In this document: positions 1 to 11,563 of the stretch, piece by piece
How positions within the stretch are numbered: position 1 is the first letter of the stretch
Layout: every line of letters starts with the position of its first letter
DNA from: Elsinoe ampelina
Taxonomy: Eukaryota
Reading direction: 5' to 3'
Length of the DNA: 64,000 nt
Assembly: GCA_010093995.1 (NCBI GenBank)
Contig: ML992515.1
Span: 53,533 to 117,532 of the forward strand
The notes under the pieces: model-generated
Databases searched by the model: none
Told to the model about the DNA's origin: nothing
Seen by the model: only the letters and a program-made list of their open reading frames with translations
Translations under genes and position numbers: made by a program

Positions 1-2175
1 TAGAGCTTATATCTATAACTAATATATTTCTAAATTATACAAATTCTAAGCTAGAGTACTACTTAGTTAGTATATAGGCATATAGAACAACTTAATAACT
101 AATTACCTTATCTAGATACTCTATTAGTATTATACTTAGTAAGCCTAGAAGGGAAAGATTATTATATTACTCTATGTAATATTTAATAAGAATATAGTCT
201 ATAAAGACTAGGTAATATAAGTTATTAAACAGCTATATATCCTATAGGTATAATAACCTAAGGCTTTATAGCTTTAGAGAGAGTAGATATTTAGTAGTAA
301 TTATAATTAAGACTATAGCTATAATTAACTACCCTTTAGTTATAAGAATCTATAAACTACTTAGGCTAAATAACCTTAAGTTAAATAACTAACATCTAAC
401 TACTCTTCTATTCCTAGATATAAATAACAATTATCTACCCCTATTAAAGAATAGAAGAAGTAACACTAATATCCTAAACTAGATTCTTAACCTGTTAATA
501 AATAGAGGGAGTAACTTAATATTGCTAATTATAAAGGTAAAGACCTTATAACACTACTACCTAAAGTTATTAGTAAACTATATTTAACCTTTAATTCCAT
601 AGTTAATATTAATTAACTACTAATATATATATAGAATAAGAATATTAACTTCCTTATTACACTATTTAACATATAACCTCTAACTAGTAAAAGGAAAAGA
701 TCTCTCTTACTATAAGAAACTATTAGAAGGTCCCTTAAAATATATTACTAGATTAATTATAAGAAACTTAATAATAGTAAGATTATTAGATCTATAGCTA
801 TTAATTTTAAGCTAGACCTATAAATAGTAAAAGATATACTATTCTCTCCTAAAGGTTATTACTAGTAAGCTATAATAGAGGTAGAGTAAAAGGCTCTAAC
901 TAACTCTAAAACCTTTTTAATTATTAAGAAATCATAGACACTAAGAGGTATTAGGCTAATAATAGGCAAATAAGTCTTTAAGACTAAGAGGCTTACTAAT
1001 AGTAAAGTTAAAAGATATAAGGCTTATTAGACTATAAGGAGCTTTACTTAAAGAGTAGATATTAACTTTGTTAGAACCTTTATACTAATACTAAGAGCTA
1101 AAACTAGGAGAGTAATTCTTATATATACTCTTTATTATAACTAGGTTATTATAANNNNNNNNNNNNNNNNNNNNNNNNNNNNNNNNNNNNNNNNNNNNNN
1201 NNNNNNNNNNNNNNNNNNNNNNNNNNNNNNNNNNNNNNNNNNNNNNNNNNNNNNNNNNNNNNNNNNNNNNNNNNNNNNNNNNNNNNNNNNNNNNNNNNNN
1301 NNNNNNNNNNNNNNNNNNNNNNNNNNNNNNNNNNNNNNNNNNNNNNNNNNNNNNNNNNNNNNNNNNNNNNNNNNNNNNNNNNNNNNNNNNNNNNNNNNNN
1401 NNNNNNNNNNNNNNNNNNNNNNNNNNNNNNNNNNNNNNNNNNNNNNNNNNNNNNNNNNNNNNNNNNNNNNNNNNNNNNNNNNNNNNNNNNNNNNNNNNNN
1501 NNNNNNNNNNNNNNNNNNNNNNNNNNNNNNNNNNNNNNNNNNNNNNNNNNNNNNNNNNNNNNNNNNNNNNNNNNNNNNNNNNNNNNNNNNNNNNNNNNNN
1601 NNNNNNNNNNNNNNNNNNNNNNNNNNNNNNNNNNNNNNNNNNNNNNNNNNNNNNNNNNNNNNNNNNNNNNNNNNNNNNNNNNNNNNNNNNNNNNNNNNNN
1701 NNNNNNNNNNNNNNNNNNNNNNNNNNNNNNNNNNNNNNNNNNNNNNNNNNNNNNNNNNNNNNNNNNNNNNNNNNNNNNNNNNNNNNNNNNNNNNNNNNNN
1801 NNNNNNNNNNNNNNNNNNNNNNNNNNNNNNNNNNNNNNNNNNNNNNNNNNNNNACTAAGGCTAAATACCTTACCCTTACTAAGACCTATAGAGAGATTAA
1901 TTAGTTAAGAAATCTTATTATTAAACTTAGGCTACTTACTAATATTTACCTTAGTCTAACTATAGTCTTTGTTAATAACAAATTAGCTATTAAACTTATA
2001 AGAGATTATACTAACTTAAGGAAATCTAAGTATATTAATCTAAAGAATTATTACTATAAAGAGTAGTATAAACTTAAAGTAATTAAGCTTAAGTATATTA
2101 ATATAACTTAGTAATTAGCTAATGTACTTATAAAGCCTAAGTCTCCTAATAAGATTCTTAATTAATTAGCAAAGG
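1..2175 (+). pseudogene. RIP-destroyed copia pol (integrase C-terminus, reverse transcriptase, RNase H)
   Basis: Motifs as above, with many TAA/TAG stops at positions expected to be CAA/CAG/TGG. Most of RT falls in the N gap. The 3' end is approximate. Confidence 0.88.
1155..1853. other. Assembly gap (699 N) inside the retrotransposon RT region
   Basis: Run of N between the RT N-terminal motifs and the RNase H motifs. Confidence 0.99.
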
Positions 2176-3937
2176 CTAATTACTTAGTATATATCTACAC
2201 TATATACTTATTTTAGATTTTATATATATTATTATTTTAAGTATATTATTTATACTACTACTACTTATTAAGCTATCTTATTTATCTAAAGCTTAAAGTA
2301 AATTGCCTTATTATTAAGAAGAGAGAGATAAAAAGCTATTATAACTCTATTACTAGCTACTTATACCTAAGCTACATCTACTACTTAGTACTATTATTAC
2401 TCTTAATAACTCTTACCTATCTCCTATCTTAAATTACTTCTTTATAGAAGGAGAACCCCTTCCCTTATTACTACTAGTAGACCTTATAGAAGTATTAGAT
2501 CTAGACCTACTATACCTTATTAGTGCTAGGCCTAGTATAAAGGCATAAATAGGAGAAAGCTAACTAGGGTAGCTAGTAGCTATAATCCTTATAAGCTCTA
2601 CTATATAGTTTATTACTATAGTAGCTAAGTTATAAACCTTAGTAGTAGTTAGGTTAGTAGAATCTATAAAGTTTATAAGGACTACTATAAAGTAGCAAGA
2701 GTTAGTATAAGTTATTAAGGTATTAACTACACCTAATAATACCCCTAGTATATAGGCCCTTAGTAAGAACCTCTAAGGTAAAGTACTACTAAAAGAGATA
2801 GACCTAGGGAGCTCTATTAATAGGTATATTAGGCTATATAGAATAAGCTAGGTAATAACCCTTAAGCTACTTAGAGTCCTTATAGGTTTAGGAGAGCTAA
2901 TAGGCCTTAGAGTTAGAGTATAGTTAGCTAAGGAACATCTAGTATATTAGTTGCTATAAGCATAGTAAGTATAGGCCTTATTAAGCTAACTAGGTAAAGT
3001 AATACACTTACTAAACTTACTACCCCTGCCCTTACTCTAATTATTGCTAGAGTTAGATCTCTAATACTTAGTATAGCGATTAGTGCTATAGTAGACTACT
3101 CTACTAGTAGTACTAGAAGCTATTAAAGTAGTAGAGTAGTTAGTAAATCTAGTAAGGTTAACCTACTTAGTTAGATCCTTAACTAGAATAGAATTAGTAA
3201 CTACTAAGTGTACACTACAGGTACTAAAGGCCTAGACTACTATAGACCTCTAGATAAGATATAAGTTAGTATAGTTATAATAACTAATTATCCTAAGCCT
3301 AAGGAGAGTATTCTAGATTATATCGGCTAACTATTAAGTTAAAGTCTAAGTTAATTAGGCTATTAATGTTAGCTTATGCTATTAATGCTTTATAGCTACT
3401 TACTAAGAGTATTAAGACAAGTAATTAGTCTTATAGTAGTATTATAATTAATATTAGAAGTACTAGGTAACCTTAATAGAGAATTTCTCTTTCTACTACT
3501 ACCTCTACTACCTAGTAGACTACTTAGAGTACTAGCACTAGTAGCAATGCTACTAATGCCTAGCTATTACTATACTATAGCGCTTATGTTATAAGTGTTA
3601 TTAATATAGTATAGTAAGAAGGTAAAAGTATTATATAAAAGAAAAGGCTACTACTATAAGTATAATAAAGAAAGGAGAAATTATAAAGAGGCTAGTTAGA
3701 TACTTATATCTCTTTAATTAAGACTTATAAGCTAGACTATTTATATAAACAATAGCTGCCTAGGCATTGTTAATAGTTACTATTGTTGCTAGCAATTATA
3801 AGCTAAACTAATAGTAAATCCTTACTAATAATTAGCTAACACTAACAATTATAAGCAATTATAAAGAGATAAAGTAATAAGCTAATTACTTTACTTATAT
3901 GTGATAGGACAGTTTTCTAGCTTTAATAATCTATACT

Positions 3938-3947
3938 AGAGGGGGAG
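3938..3947 (+). other. Polypurine tract of the retrotransposon
   Basis: AGAGGGGGAG immediately before the TGTTG LTR start, as is typical of copia elements. Confidence 0.85.
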
Positions 3948-4089
3948 TGTTGTAATAGAAGGCTAGTATAGCTTCTCTAGTACTAAAGAACTGGCACTAA
4001 TAAGTCAGCGTACGCACAGTAGATAAATCGGTTACTGTAACTCTCTGAATGAAACACACGTCTCTCGATCCGATTTGCCAGTTACAACA
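3948..4089 (+). repeat. 3' LTR (142 bp)
   Basis: Starts TGTTGTAA and ends TTACAACA (perfect 8-bp terminal inverted repeat, TG...CA), directly after the PPT. Normal base composition resumes after 4089. Putative target-site duplication GATTG at 4090-4094 cannot be confirmed here. Confidence 0.88.
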
Positions 4090-4339
4090 GATTGCAGTGT
4101 TGTTTAGAAAGCTGGAAACTGGATTTGAGCACGTGACCTCCACGTCATGGAAGTCCGGTTGGCGGTAACAGAACGATGTCTAAACGCATTTGGGAGCACT
4201 TTCTACTGAGCCTCATTCACGTCACATGGTACGATGGAACCATAAGATTTTCCGCCATTCATCGGGCTCCCAACCTATGACCACCAAAGCTATGAACAAG
4301 AATCAAAGTCAACCATGTACATTCTCGGTTTGCCTCGCT

Positions 4340-5417
4340 CTAGCTGGCCGGCTCTCCAGAAGGTCCTTGCAAGACCGTCGACAACGACGGAGCACGACCA
4401 AAGTTGGGAGTACCATCCGAGTTCCAATTGACCTTCTGCGCCATGGTGTACCTGTTTGCATCACAAGCACCACGAGAGTTTCGGGTAGCATGGTAGATGT
4501 TCCAGATCTCTTTTCCATCGGGAGAAGTGAAGAAGCTGGGGGAGGAGTCAGTACAATGTCGAGCAAGGGAGACAGAATTGCACGACTCACCCGTTATGAG
4601 CAGTACCGTAATTGCCATTGGCCGAGCTGAAGACTGGACCTGACTTGCGGTATGAAGAGGCGAGGATAGGGTCACCCCCGATGTATTCCAGGATGCCGAG
4701 CTGGTATGTAGGTGACCAGCACTGATTGGCGGAGAAGGTGATCCATGTCCTGCCATTCTTGTAGATAGCAGCAGGGCCTTCGTTGACGGGGAAATCTCCA
4801 TCGTCCTCCCAGCTGTTGGTGGGGCGGGTAATGGCTCCTCTTCTGCCGATGGTGGTTGGGGATGTCAAGGGTGCTGCACAGACAGACTGTAGGCCACCGT
4901 CGATGCAGGACCACATGATGTAGTTGCCATAGTTATTGAAGCGAACGATGGTCGAGTCGATGGCCCAGTCACCAATCACAAGCTGACGTTCTCCATAGTT
5001 GTCCCAGGGGCTGTTACCACCTCGCAGATGTTAGTTGTGGTCAAAGCGCGCGTTGATTGACTCACCTCTCCTGACATACGTCTTTTGATTGTCGAGGTTG
5101 CCATCAGCAGACCCATCGGTGTAGTACAAATACCATGCATCGTTCAGCCAGTGAACCTCTGGTGCCCACACGTTTGCTCTTCTAGAATCTCCACTCGACC
5201 AGACGACCTTTCTCTCGCCAGTCTTGAGACCATTCAAGGTCCTGGCACGGGTGATCTGCAGATCCGACCAGGTGGTGGTGAGGAGGTAGTAATATCCTTC
5301 GTGGAAGACAAGAAAGGGGTCACTACCCGCAGGGTCCTTCAACGGGTTGGTGAAGGTTGCCCCGAGAGCGGACGAGAAGACCGAGGTGAAGACGGCGAGG
5401 ACGGAGAGGAACTTCAT
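4340..5417 (-). CDS. Secreted GH43 alpha-L-arabinofuranosidase-like glycoside hydrolase; exons 5417-5066, 5020-4591, 4535-4340 (325 aa)
   Basis: Signal peptide MKFLSVLAVF. GH43 motifs SDPF, VWAPEVH, WAIDST, VNEGP, YGTAHNGFF..SPDG.E.W..YHA. Introns 5021-5065 and 4536-4590 join the three ORF-track pieces in frame (978 nt). Confidence 0.93.
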
Positions 5418-6055
5418 GATGGGCTACTTACTGCGATCCTTGAGGGTCTTCACGAGACATTATATGACAATACCAAGCCACCGGAGACTCGAAACACGGC
5501 CATGAGGATGACAAGCGCCACGCCGTGTTGAAGCACGTATTAGGTCTACCACTGAACAAAAATTGGTCATGCGCTGTCGGTTCGAGGCAGGTGTCGGTGT
5601 TGCCAAGCTCATGGTTTCTCCTTGAATCGATTGCACCCAATTTTCAAGTGCAGGATTTGCAGCTAGAATGTGATGAAGAGAGATCCCCCACCGGTCGAAG
5701 ATGCGGAGGTTGATGTGGAGTTGAGGGTTCCGGAACGTGCGAGGAAATTGAAGGAGGCACTTTGACCAAGGCCGAGGTCAGGACATGTCAGATGTCCCCA
5801 CAATGTGGCTGCTGCACTCCAGACGCCCCCAGCGGAGGGCAGATGCATGATCCTGCATGGCTGGAGGTAATTTGGAGCCTTAGTAATACTCGGGGCAAGA
5901 CAAGCGAGGTAGGAGAAATTCTCATCCATATTCAAAGCCTATGTACATGGTACATCCAAAAGGAGGGTATCCACCACCAAATCACCACTTAATCTGCCCG
6001 TCATTCATGCGAAATCTTCCCGTTACTCGATGTACTGGCCACCACTGCGACATAC

Positions 6056-6728
6056 TTAGAGGAAGTTGGCCAGTCCGAGGATGGCAGCGGCCGCAGCACC
6101 GACCGGGGGAGCCATAGCAGCAGCTCCGCCAGTGAAAGACGCGACAACGGAAGAGGCGGTGCTTGACGCACCAGCACCGGCGCTACCAGCACGGGAGGTG
6201 ACTGAGGAGATGATCGACGAAGCGCTTGATCCAGCGGCGGAAGTGGCGGAGCTGAGACGAGAGGTACCAGAGGTGACGGCACCTCCGACAGCAGTAGTGC
6301 CAGTAGTACCGGTGGTGGGCTGAGTGTTGGCGTTGCCAGTAGGAGTGGCACCGCCCTGACTGTTCGGGGCAAAGGTCGCGGTGGGAAGGTTGCAGGAGGT
6401 CCTGAGGTCGTTCACGTCATTGTCGTTGTCATCATTGTCGTAGAAGTTGACGCATGCCTCGCAAGCAGGGATCGAGTTAACCTCAGCTCCACGGCAGACA
6501 CAGTCGATAAATTCGAAGTTCTCACGAGCGTCTAATGATGTTAGCGCAGATTCGAGTGGAGAGCGACTGCGACTAACCATCTTCCCTGTCACATCGACCA
6601 GCGAGGGCAACAACGGGAGTGCATACGTCTCTGCACTGCTGAGGGATGTCACCGTCGTCTTCTCGGAGCTGGGCATGCACGGCGGCAGTGGCCGCGAGGA
6701 TGGTGAGGATGGAGTATTCGAAACGCAT
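6056..6728 (-). CDS. GPI-anchored Cys-rich cell-surface protein (CAP22-like); exons 6728-6578, 6531-6056 (208 aa)
   Basis: Signal peptide MRFEYSILTILAATAAVHA. N-terminal Cys domain (QCRDVC..C..DCVC..PACEAC..SC), Ser/Thr/Gly-rich stalk and hydrophobic C-terminal GPI signal. Intron 6532-6577 (GTTAGT..GCTAAC..TAG). The CAP22 similarity is from memory of the family. Confidence 0.85.
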
Positions 6729-7975
6729 GTTGACTGTTGTTGTTGTGATTGGGTTGGTGGAGAAGTGACTTGTGATGTTATAAGTCTTCGAATATTGTTG
6801 CCTTGCGTTGTTGTAGAAGTGACCTGCTGGATGTGTCTTCTCCGTCTATTACTTGCTGCTGTTATATAGCAAAGGCCAAGCAGACATTGTGCTGCATCGC
6901 CTTGATGTCTTACGCAAACTACGTATGGAGATAACTCTACTCATGTTCCTGATGCACCCCAGGCTTTGGGATAGAGTTTAGCAAATATCTTGACCTACCT
7001 CACGGCCAATGAAACCAAGGAAGAACCACATAACACCTCCATTATAGGGGTCATACGGATATGCGGCTGGCAGGCATATCGGGAGAAGCACCGCGCCACG
7101 GGGAGGAAAGGCGATCTTACGACAACGCCAAGTGCTAGAGATGAAAAGTGCCGATGGAAGTAGAAATGCAGTGCTGTGAGTGGTGAGCTCGACCAAGTGA
7201 TCGCCGCTTGCGTCGACGGCACTTGGCATCTGGGACGGGATGCTGCTTTTTTTGGACTCATCTCATCGACTGCATCTCTCCATCTCTTCAAAAGACCCAC
7301 AATATCTCTGTTGGCATGTGCTGTCAACGTGACACGCGTGCGTGAGGCTCAAGGGGGATCTTCTTGACACTAAAAACGCTTGTGAGGCCCTTCTTGATGG
7401 CCGCAGATTCTTTTCGATTGCTCCAGCAGCTCAAGGCCTCAATTCTCGGCGGTGACCAGACATCAAGTTTCGGTCGAGCTTTGACCGGGATGGCTATGTC
7501 ATCCTGAACACTTTGAACCAGTCTTGCTTCTTCCTGGCAACCTGTCATTCCAGAGTCGGCACATTCATTGTTTCAGAAGAAGAGCACCAAGCTGTCGCAT
7601 GACGAAGGTGGACGAATGTTCCCTGCTCTGCTTGCGAAAGTGAAGAGGGGAAAAGCGTTGGCAAAAGGTGATTTGTGTGGTTGGAAAACCTGCAGTCGGC
7701 CGAAGTCGGCCACACTCCACGCCTTCTTTGCCACATCGTCCACCGACTTGATTGTGTTCCATCATCAACTTGCAAGTTGGCCTTCCCCGACAACACATCG
7801 AGCTACGAGCAGTCCTTGCTCACGGCCCTTTTGCACGCTTTCTCAAGGACGTCGTCTACCTGTTCCCTGGCGATGTTGAAGGGAACATAACGGAAAGATA
7901 GCTTCACGTCAAGAATGGAGAGATCAATTGGTCATTTAATACCGCTAAAGTGCGAATGGGTATCGGCTTAAAGAT

Positions 7976-10129
7976 CTAGAGTGTGATCTGTAATGTCCTC
8001 GCCACACTCGGCGTCCCCCTCCCATTCACCGCAAACAAATACCAAAACCCAGGCAACACCACCCCGGAATCCGTAGGCAACCTAATCGACCACCTCGTTC
8101 CACTCCTCGTCCCACTCACCGGCAACCTCCTCTGATCACTATTCACACTATGCGTGACACTCCCCATCCTCAGCAACGCAAACGCATACGTCCCCTGATC
8201 CCCCATCTCCACCGTCAACGTGCCCCCGACCCTGATCTTCTCCCCAGCCGTCGACCCACTGGCCGCCACACTCACCACTCTCGGCCTCACAGCCTCACTC
8301 CCATCCTCGTTGAACAGATACGGCGGCGAGAAGATCTGCCCGTCAGCATGATCCACGCTCCGATCACAATGGGCATCACTCGCGCCTCTTCCCACCGCAC
8401 ACAAGCCACCACCACCACTGAACACCCTCCCGTCTGACAACAGCAAACTCACACTGTGATAGTTCCTCGGCACCCCCTCATCGGCCATACTCTTCCACGT
8501 CTTGGTCTTGGGATCGAACAGCTCCGGGGTGAGCACGCTGTTCCAGTCCGAGAAGACCATGCTGCGCCTCATCCCGCCGGTGACCAGCACGGTGCCGTCG
8601 GGGAGGACCACGGCGTTGGCGTAACCCCTCGGGAAAGCCATGTCGGGGACGCGCTCGACGGTGGGGGCCACGAACGGGCGGGTGATGGTCGTGATGTGTG
8701 CGCGCGTGAAGCCCGGGCTGTTGGTGTAGTCTTGGGAGCCGCCGGCGGAGAGGATCTTGCCTTGGGCCGCATCGAATAATACATATATAGCACACATGGC
8801 GTCGACCGTGTCCCTCGTGCCGGCCGCGACGGTGCGGCCTGTCCCCGTGGTGCCGTACCAGTTCATGGCCTTGGAGGGCCCGCCTTGGAAGACGCTCCCG
8901 TTGGTCCAGCCGAAGAGCCAGGCGTGGTTGTCTTCGCGCCAGATACCTTCGGCGTCTGTAGTGAGCATGGGTTGGACGTCGGCTTGGGAGAGGAGCGTCC
9001 AGGTGTTGGTCGTGGCGTTGAAGACTTCGCCTACTTTTCCGCCGAGGCCGCCGGTAAAGGAGCCGCCGATGGTGAAGATGCGACCGTCGGAGAGGGTGGC
9101 CGAGGTTTGGTAGCCGCGGCCGAGTTTCATGTTGGCGGCGCGGGTGAAGGCGTTGGTTTTGGGGTCGTAGATGGAGACCACGGCTGCTGAGGAGCCGCCG
9201 GTGATGACGATGCGGCCGTCTTGCAGCATGGAGATGCCGGGGCAGAACATGTCGTGCTGGGTGTTGGCAATTTCGCGTTGGGAGACGGCGCCAGTAACGT
9301 AGTTGAGTTCGGCGAATTGGGTGTAGCCGTAGTCATTGCCGAAATCGGTGCTTCCATACGCAGAGAAGAAGAGCATACGATTGGCCGTGGGACCTTCAGG
9401 TACTACATATGCTGCGACGGGGATGATGGGGAGTTTGATCAGATCTGACCAGACTCCAACCTTGATCCTGTCCGTAGGAGCAACAGGCACAGCCTTCACT
9501 TTGGAGACCTGCCGTATGATGGAGAATTGGCGGTTGATCGTCCAGCGTAGATCGGTACGAGTGCCCTTGATGTGGCAGACCTTTCCAGTGTTGTCATAGA
9601 CAGCTCTGGAGCATCCATTGTTTGTAGCACATCGGCTGAGGCAGTCGCCAACGGTCTGGACATTCTGACCGACTTCGTAGGAGTAGGCTTCGTAGTCAGT
9701 TCCAGGACAAATGGCGTACTCCGAGCCATCCGCAGTAGTGGTGAGGACTTCGTCGTACGGACATGTGGTGATGACGGATCCTTGTTGTACACCTTGGATT
9801 TGTCGAATTGTGTCAAAGATCGGATCAACCCACCACTCCAATTGTTGTGGGTTGCCCTTCAAGTGACAAGTCTGAGCTGCAGCATGGTACACAGCTTGTG
9901 TGCAACCAGTAGTGACTGCACAACGGTCCAAGCAAAGTGTGTTGGAACCGATGTTAGGCAGTATCTGAGCGCTAGGGCCGCGATAATCTGTGCCGGAGCA
10001 GATCTCGTAGATGGCACCGTCGGCAGCCGTTACACGATTTGCAGTTGTAGGGCATGCAGTGATGCGTTGAGCGTTTGCAGTGACGAAACACCCCGAAGCA
10101 AGTAGGAGAGGGACAAAAAAAGCCGCCAT
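7976..10129 (-). CDS. Secreted copper radical oxidase AA5_2 (galactose/alcohol oxidase family) with two N-terminal PAN/Apple domains; intronless
   Basis: Signal peptide MAAFFVPLLLASG, two Cys-patterned PAN repeats and a Kelch propeller. Catalytic motifs HDMFCPG, RGYQTS, DNHAWLFGW, RNYHSV and VTHSVNSDQRR. Confidence 0.95.
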   Translation of the reverse strand: MAAFFVPLLLASGCFVTANAQRITACPTTANRVTAADGAIYEICSGTDYRGPSAQILPNIGSNTLCLDRCAVTTGCTQAVYHAAAQTCHLKGNPQQLEWWVDPIFDTIRQIQGVQQGSVITTCPYDEVLTTTADGSEYAICPGTDYEAYSYEVGQNVQTVGDCLSRCATNNGCSRAVYDNTGKVCHIKGTRTDLRWTINRQFSIIRQVSKVKAVPVAPTDRIKVGVWSDLIKLPIIPVAAYVVPEGPTANRMLFFSAYGSTDFGNDYGYTQFAELNYVTGAVSQREIANTQHDMFCPGISMLQDGRIVITGGSSAAVVSIYDPKTNAFTRAANMKLGRGYQTSATLSDGRIFTIGGSFTGGLGGKVGEVFNATTNTWTLLSQADVQPMLTTDAEGIWREDNHAWLFGWTNGSVFQGGPSKAMNWYGTTGTGRTVAAGTRDTVDAMCAIYVLFDAAQGKILSAGGSQDYTNSPGFTRAHITTITRPFVAPTVERVPDMAFPRGYANAVVLPDGTVLVTGGMRRSMVFSDWNSVLTPELFDPKTKTWKSMADEGVPRNYHSVSLLLSDGRVFSGGGGLCAVGRGASDAHCDRSVDHADGQIFSPPYLFNEDGSEAVRPRVVSVAASGSTAGEKIRVGGTLTVEMGDQGTYAFALLRMGSVTHSVNSDQRRLPVSGTRSGTRWSIRLPTDSGVVLPGFWYLFAVNGRGTPSVARTLQITL

Positions 10130-11563
10130 GATGGGCAATTATGGTATAGAGAAATATCTGACCTCGGAAGTGTAGATTCCCACCAAGGAGGACCTACCAC
10201 GGACATCTTATACACCTTTGTCTCTGAGAACAAACCTGGAAACACACATGGTCCCGTCATCAAGGCGCACATCACGATGGTACAGCCCGCATGAGCCCAA
10301 AGAACATAGTCTCATGCAGAAATTTGGATTAGCGACTGGGCAAAGTCTCTAGCCCGTATGTCTTGGATGAGGCTGAGGACGCGAGCTGACATGTGCGAGT
10401 TTGAGGAAAGGAAAAAGAAGGTATCTCGTGTAGAAAAGTCTAATTGGGCGCGGAGAAACTCTCCGCTCTGCCAAGAGAATGGACGAGGTCATGGCTGTCA
10501 CGTGGTCTTGATTGTTTTTGCGGCAATTCTCTGCTTGGCAGGTTTTGCCGGGTTTGCCGTCTGTTTCACTCTCTCGCAATTCTTCCTTTCTGTCTCTGCG
10601 ACTCACTAGATCCTTCTCAGAGTGGACTGTGTAATTCATCAGTCCACCGCGAGACGTGCGACACCCACCTGCGGTTGCAAGCGGGACAGGACGGCGGTGT
10701 GTAATAATCCAATTGTTGCTCGGTGTGGCTTGATAAGAGGATGCGCTCTGCACGCACTATCGGCTTGTCCAAGCTTGATTTCAACTTGGGAACCATGGAT
10801 TTATTGCATTCTATCTGGTAGATTCTGCATAGACTTCGCGGTACGATCGAGCGACCCAGTAGACTGGATCCTCTCCCAAAGAGAGAAACGCACAAACGAC
10901 CCATGGCGGAAGCTCTCAAGCGGCATCATGGCCTCACAGCTGACCTTTATCTGCATCTATTCAGGTCATGTTCTGCCTAACCTGTCTGCAAGCTTGGCGG
11001 ACCACAGACATCGCTTGCAGATTCAATAGCGTAGCCAGAGGCTCTGGTGGCTTGCCTTCTTTACAGCAAATGCGGTCCGGAAGACCAAAGATAACACCTC
11101 GCTTCGGATGTCGGTGTCGTCTAGGTAAGCATTGACATGGCGGATCCTGCAAGCCCATCCACGGTTCGCGCCAAACTTCGTCAGCTTTTGAAGCTCTCTA
11201 TCGCCTGGGTCTGGCTAGCACCACCGTCTCGAAGACCGAGACACGTGCCCACTGCACAGCGGTGTCTAAGCGAATGACGTCTACACACACTGGTTTACTG
11301 TAGGAACCGCGGACGACTCGACTGATGCATGCCATGCTCAGGCTATCGCCGCCATGCATGACTTTCCACGCTTTGCATTCATCTCACGGCATACCCCTCT
11401 CCCGCGGCCATCTCCGCTTAGCCTACGCATGCAGCTAGCTGCGACGACTCTGGGCAGTCAAGATGTTGATGGCCGGGAAAGCGCTCGATAGCAGTTCTAT
11501 TGGTGCGAAAACACATCCGCATCACCGCCACCAGACGTCCTCTGAGGAGGCCCGGTCGCTTCG

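Larger units (their letters stand above)
1..4089 (+). mobile_element. RIP-inactivated Ty1/copia LTR retrotransposon, 3' portion (5' end lies outside the window)
   Basis: Very AT-rich, TpA-rich and CpA/TpG/CpG-depleted. After reversing C>T/G>A changes, the + strand gives copia motifs in INT-RT-RH order. Post-integrase SH3/GKGY-like KF(Q)AR(A)LL(G)(W)Y(V)G...(H)V(T)F(D)(E) at ~40-190. RT start GK(W)VFKTKR..(D)(G)KV(E)RYKA(R)..R(G)FT(Q)...(D)F..TF(A)(P)(V) at ~965-1090. RNase H T(E)A(E)YL(A)L, V(D)NK(S)AI, K(H)I(D) and (Q)LA(D)VL(T)KP at 1854-2138. A PPT and LTR follow. Confidence 0.92.

Noticed and set aside
6978..7890. Several short ORFs between the GPI protein and AA5 genes
   Set aside because: No motifs and no consistent exon model. 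A degenerate relic is possible but unsupported.
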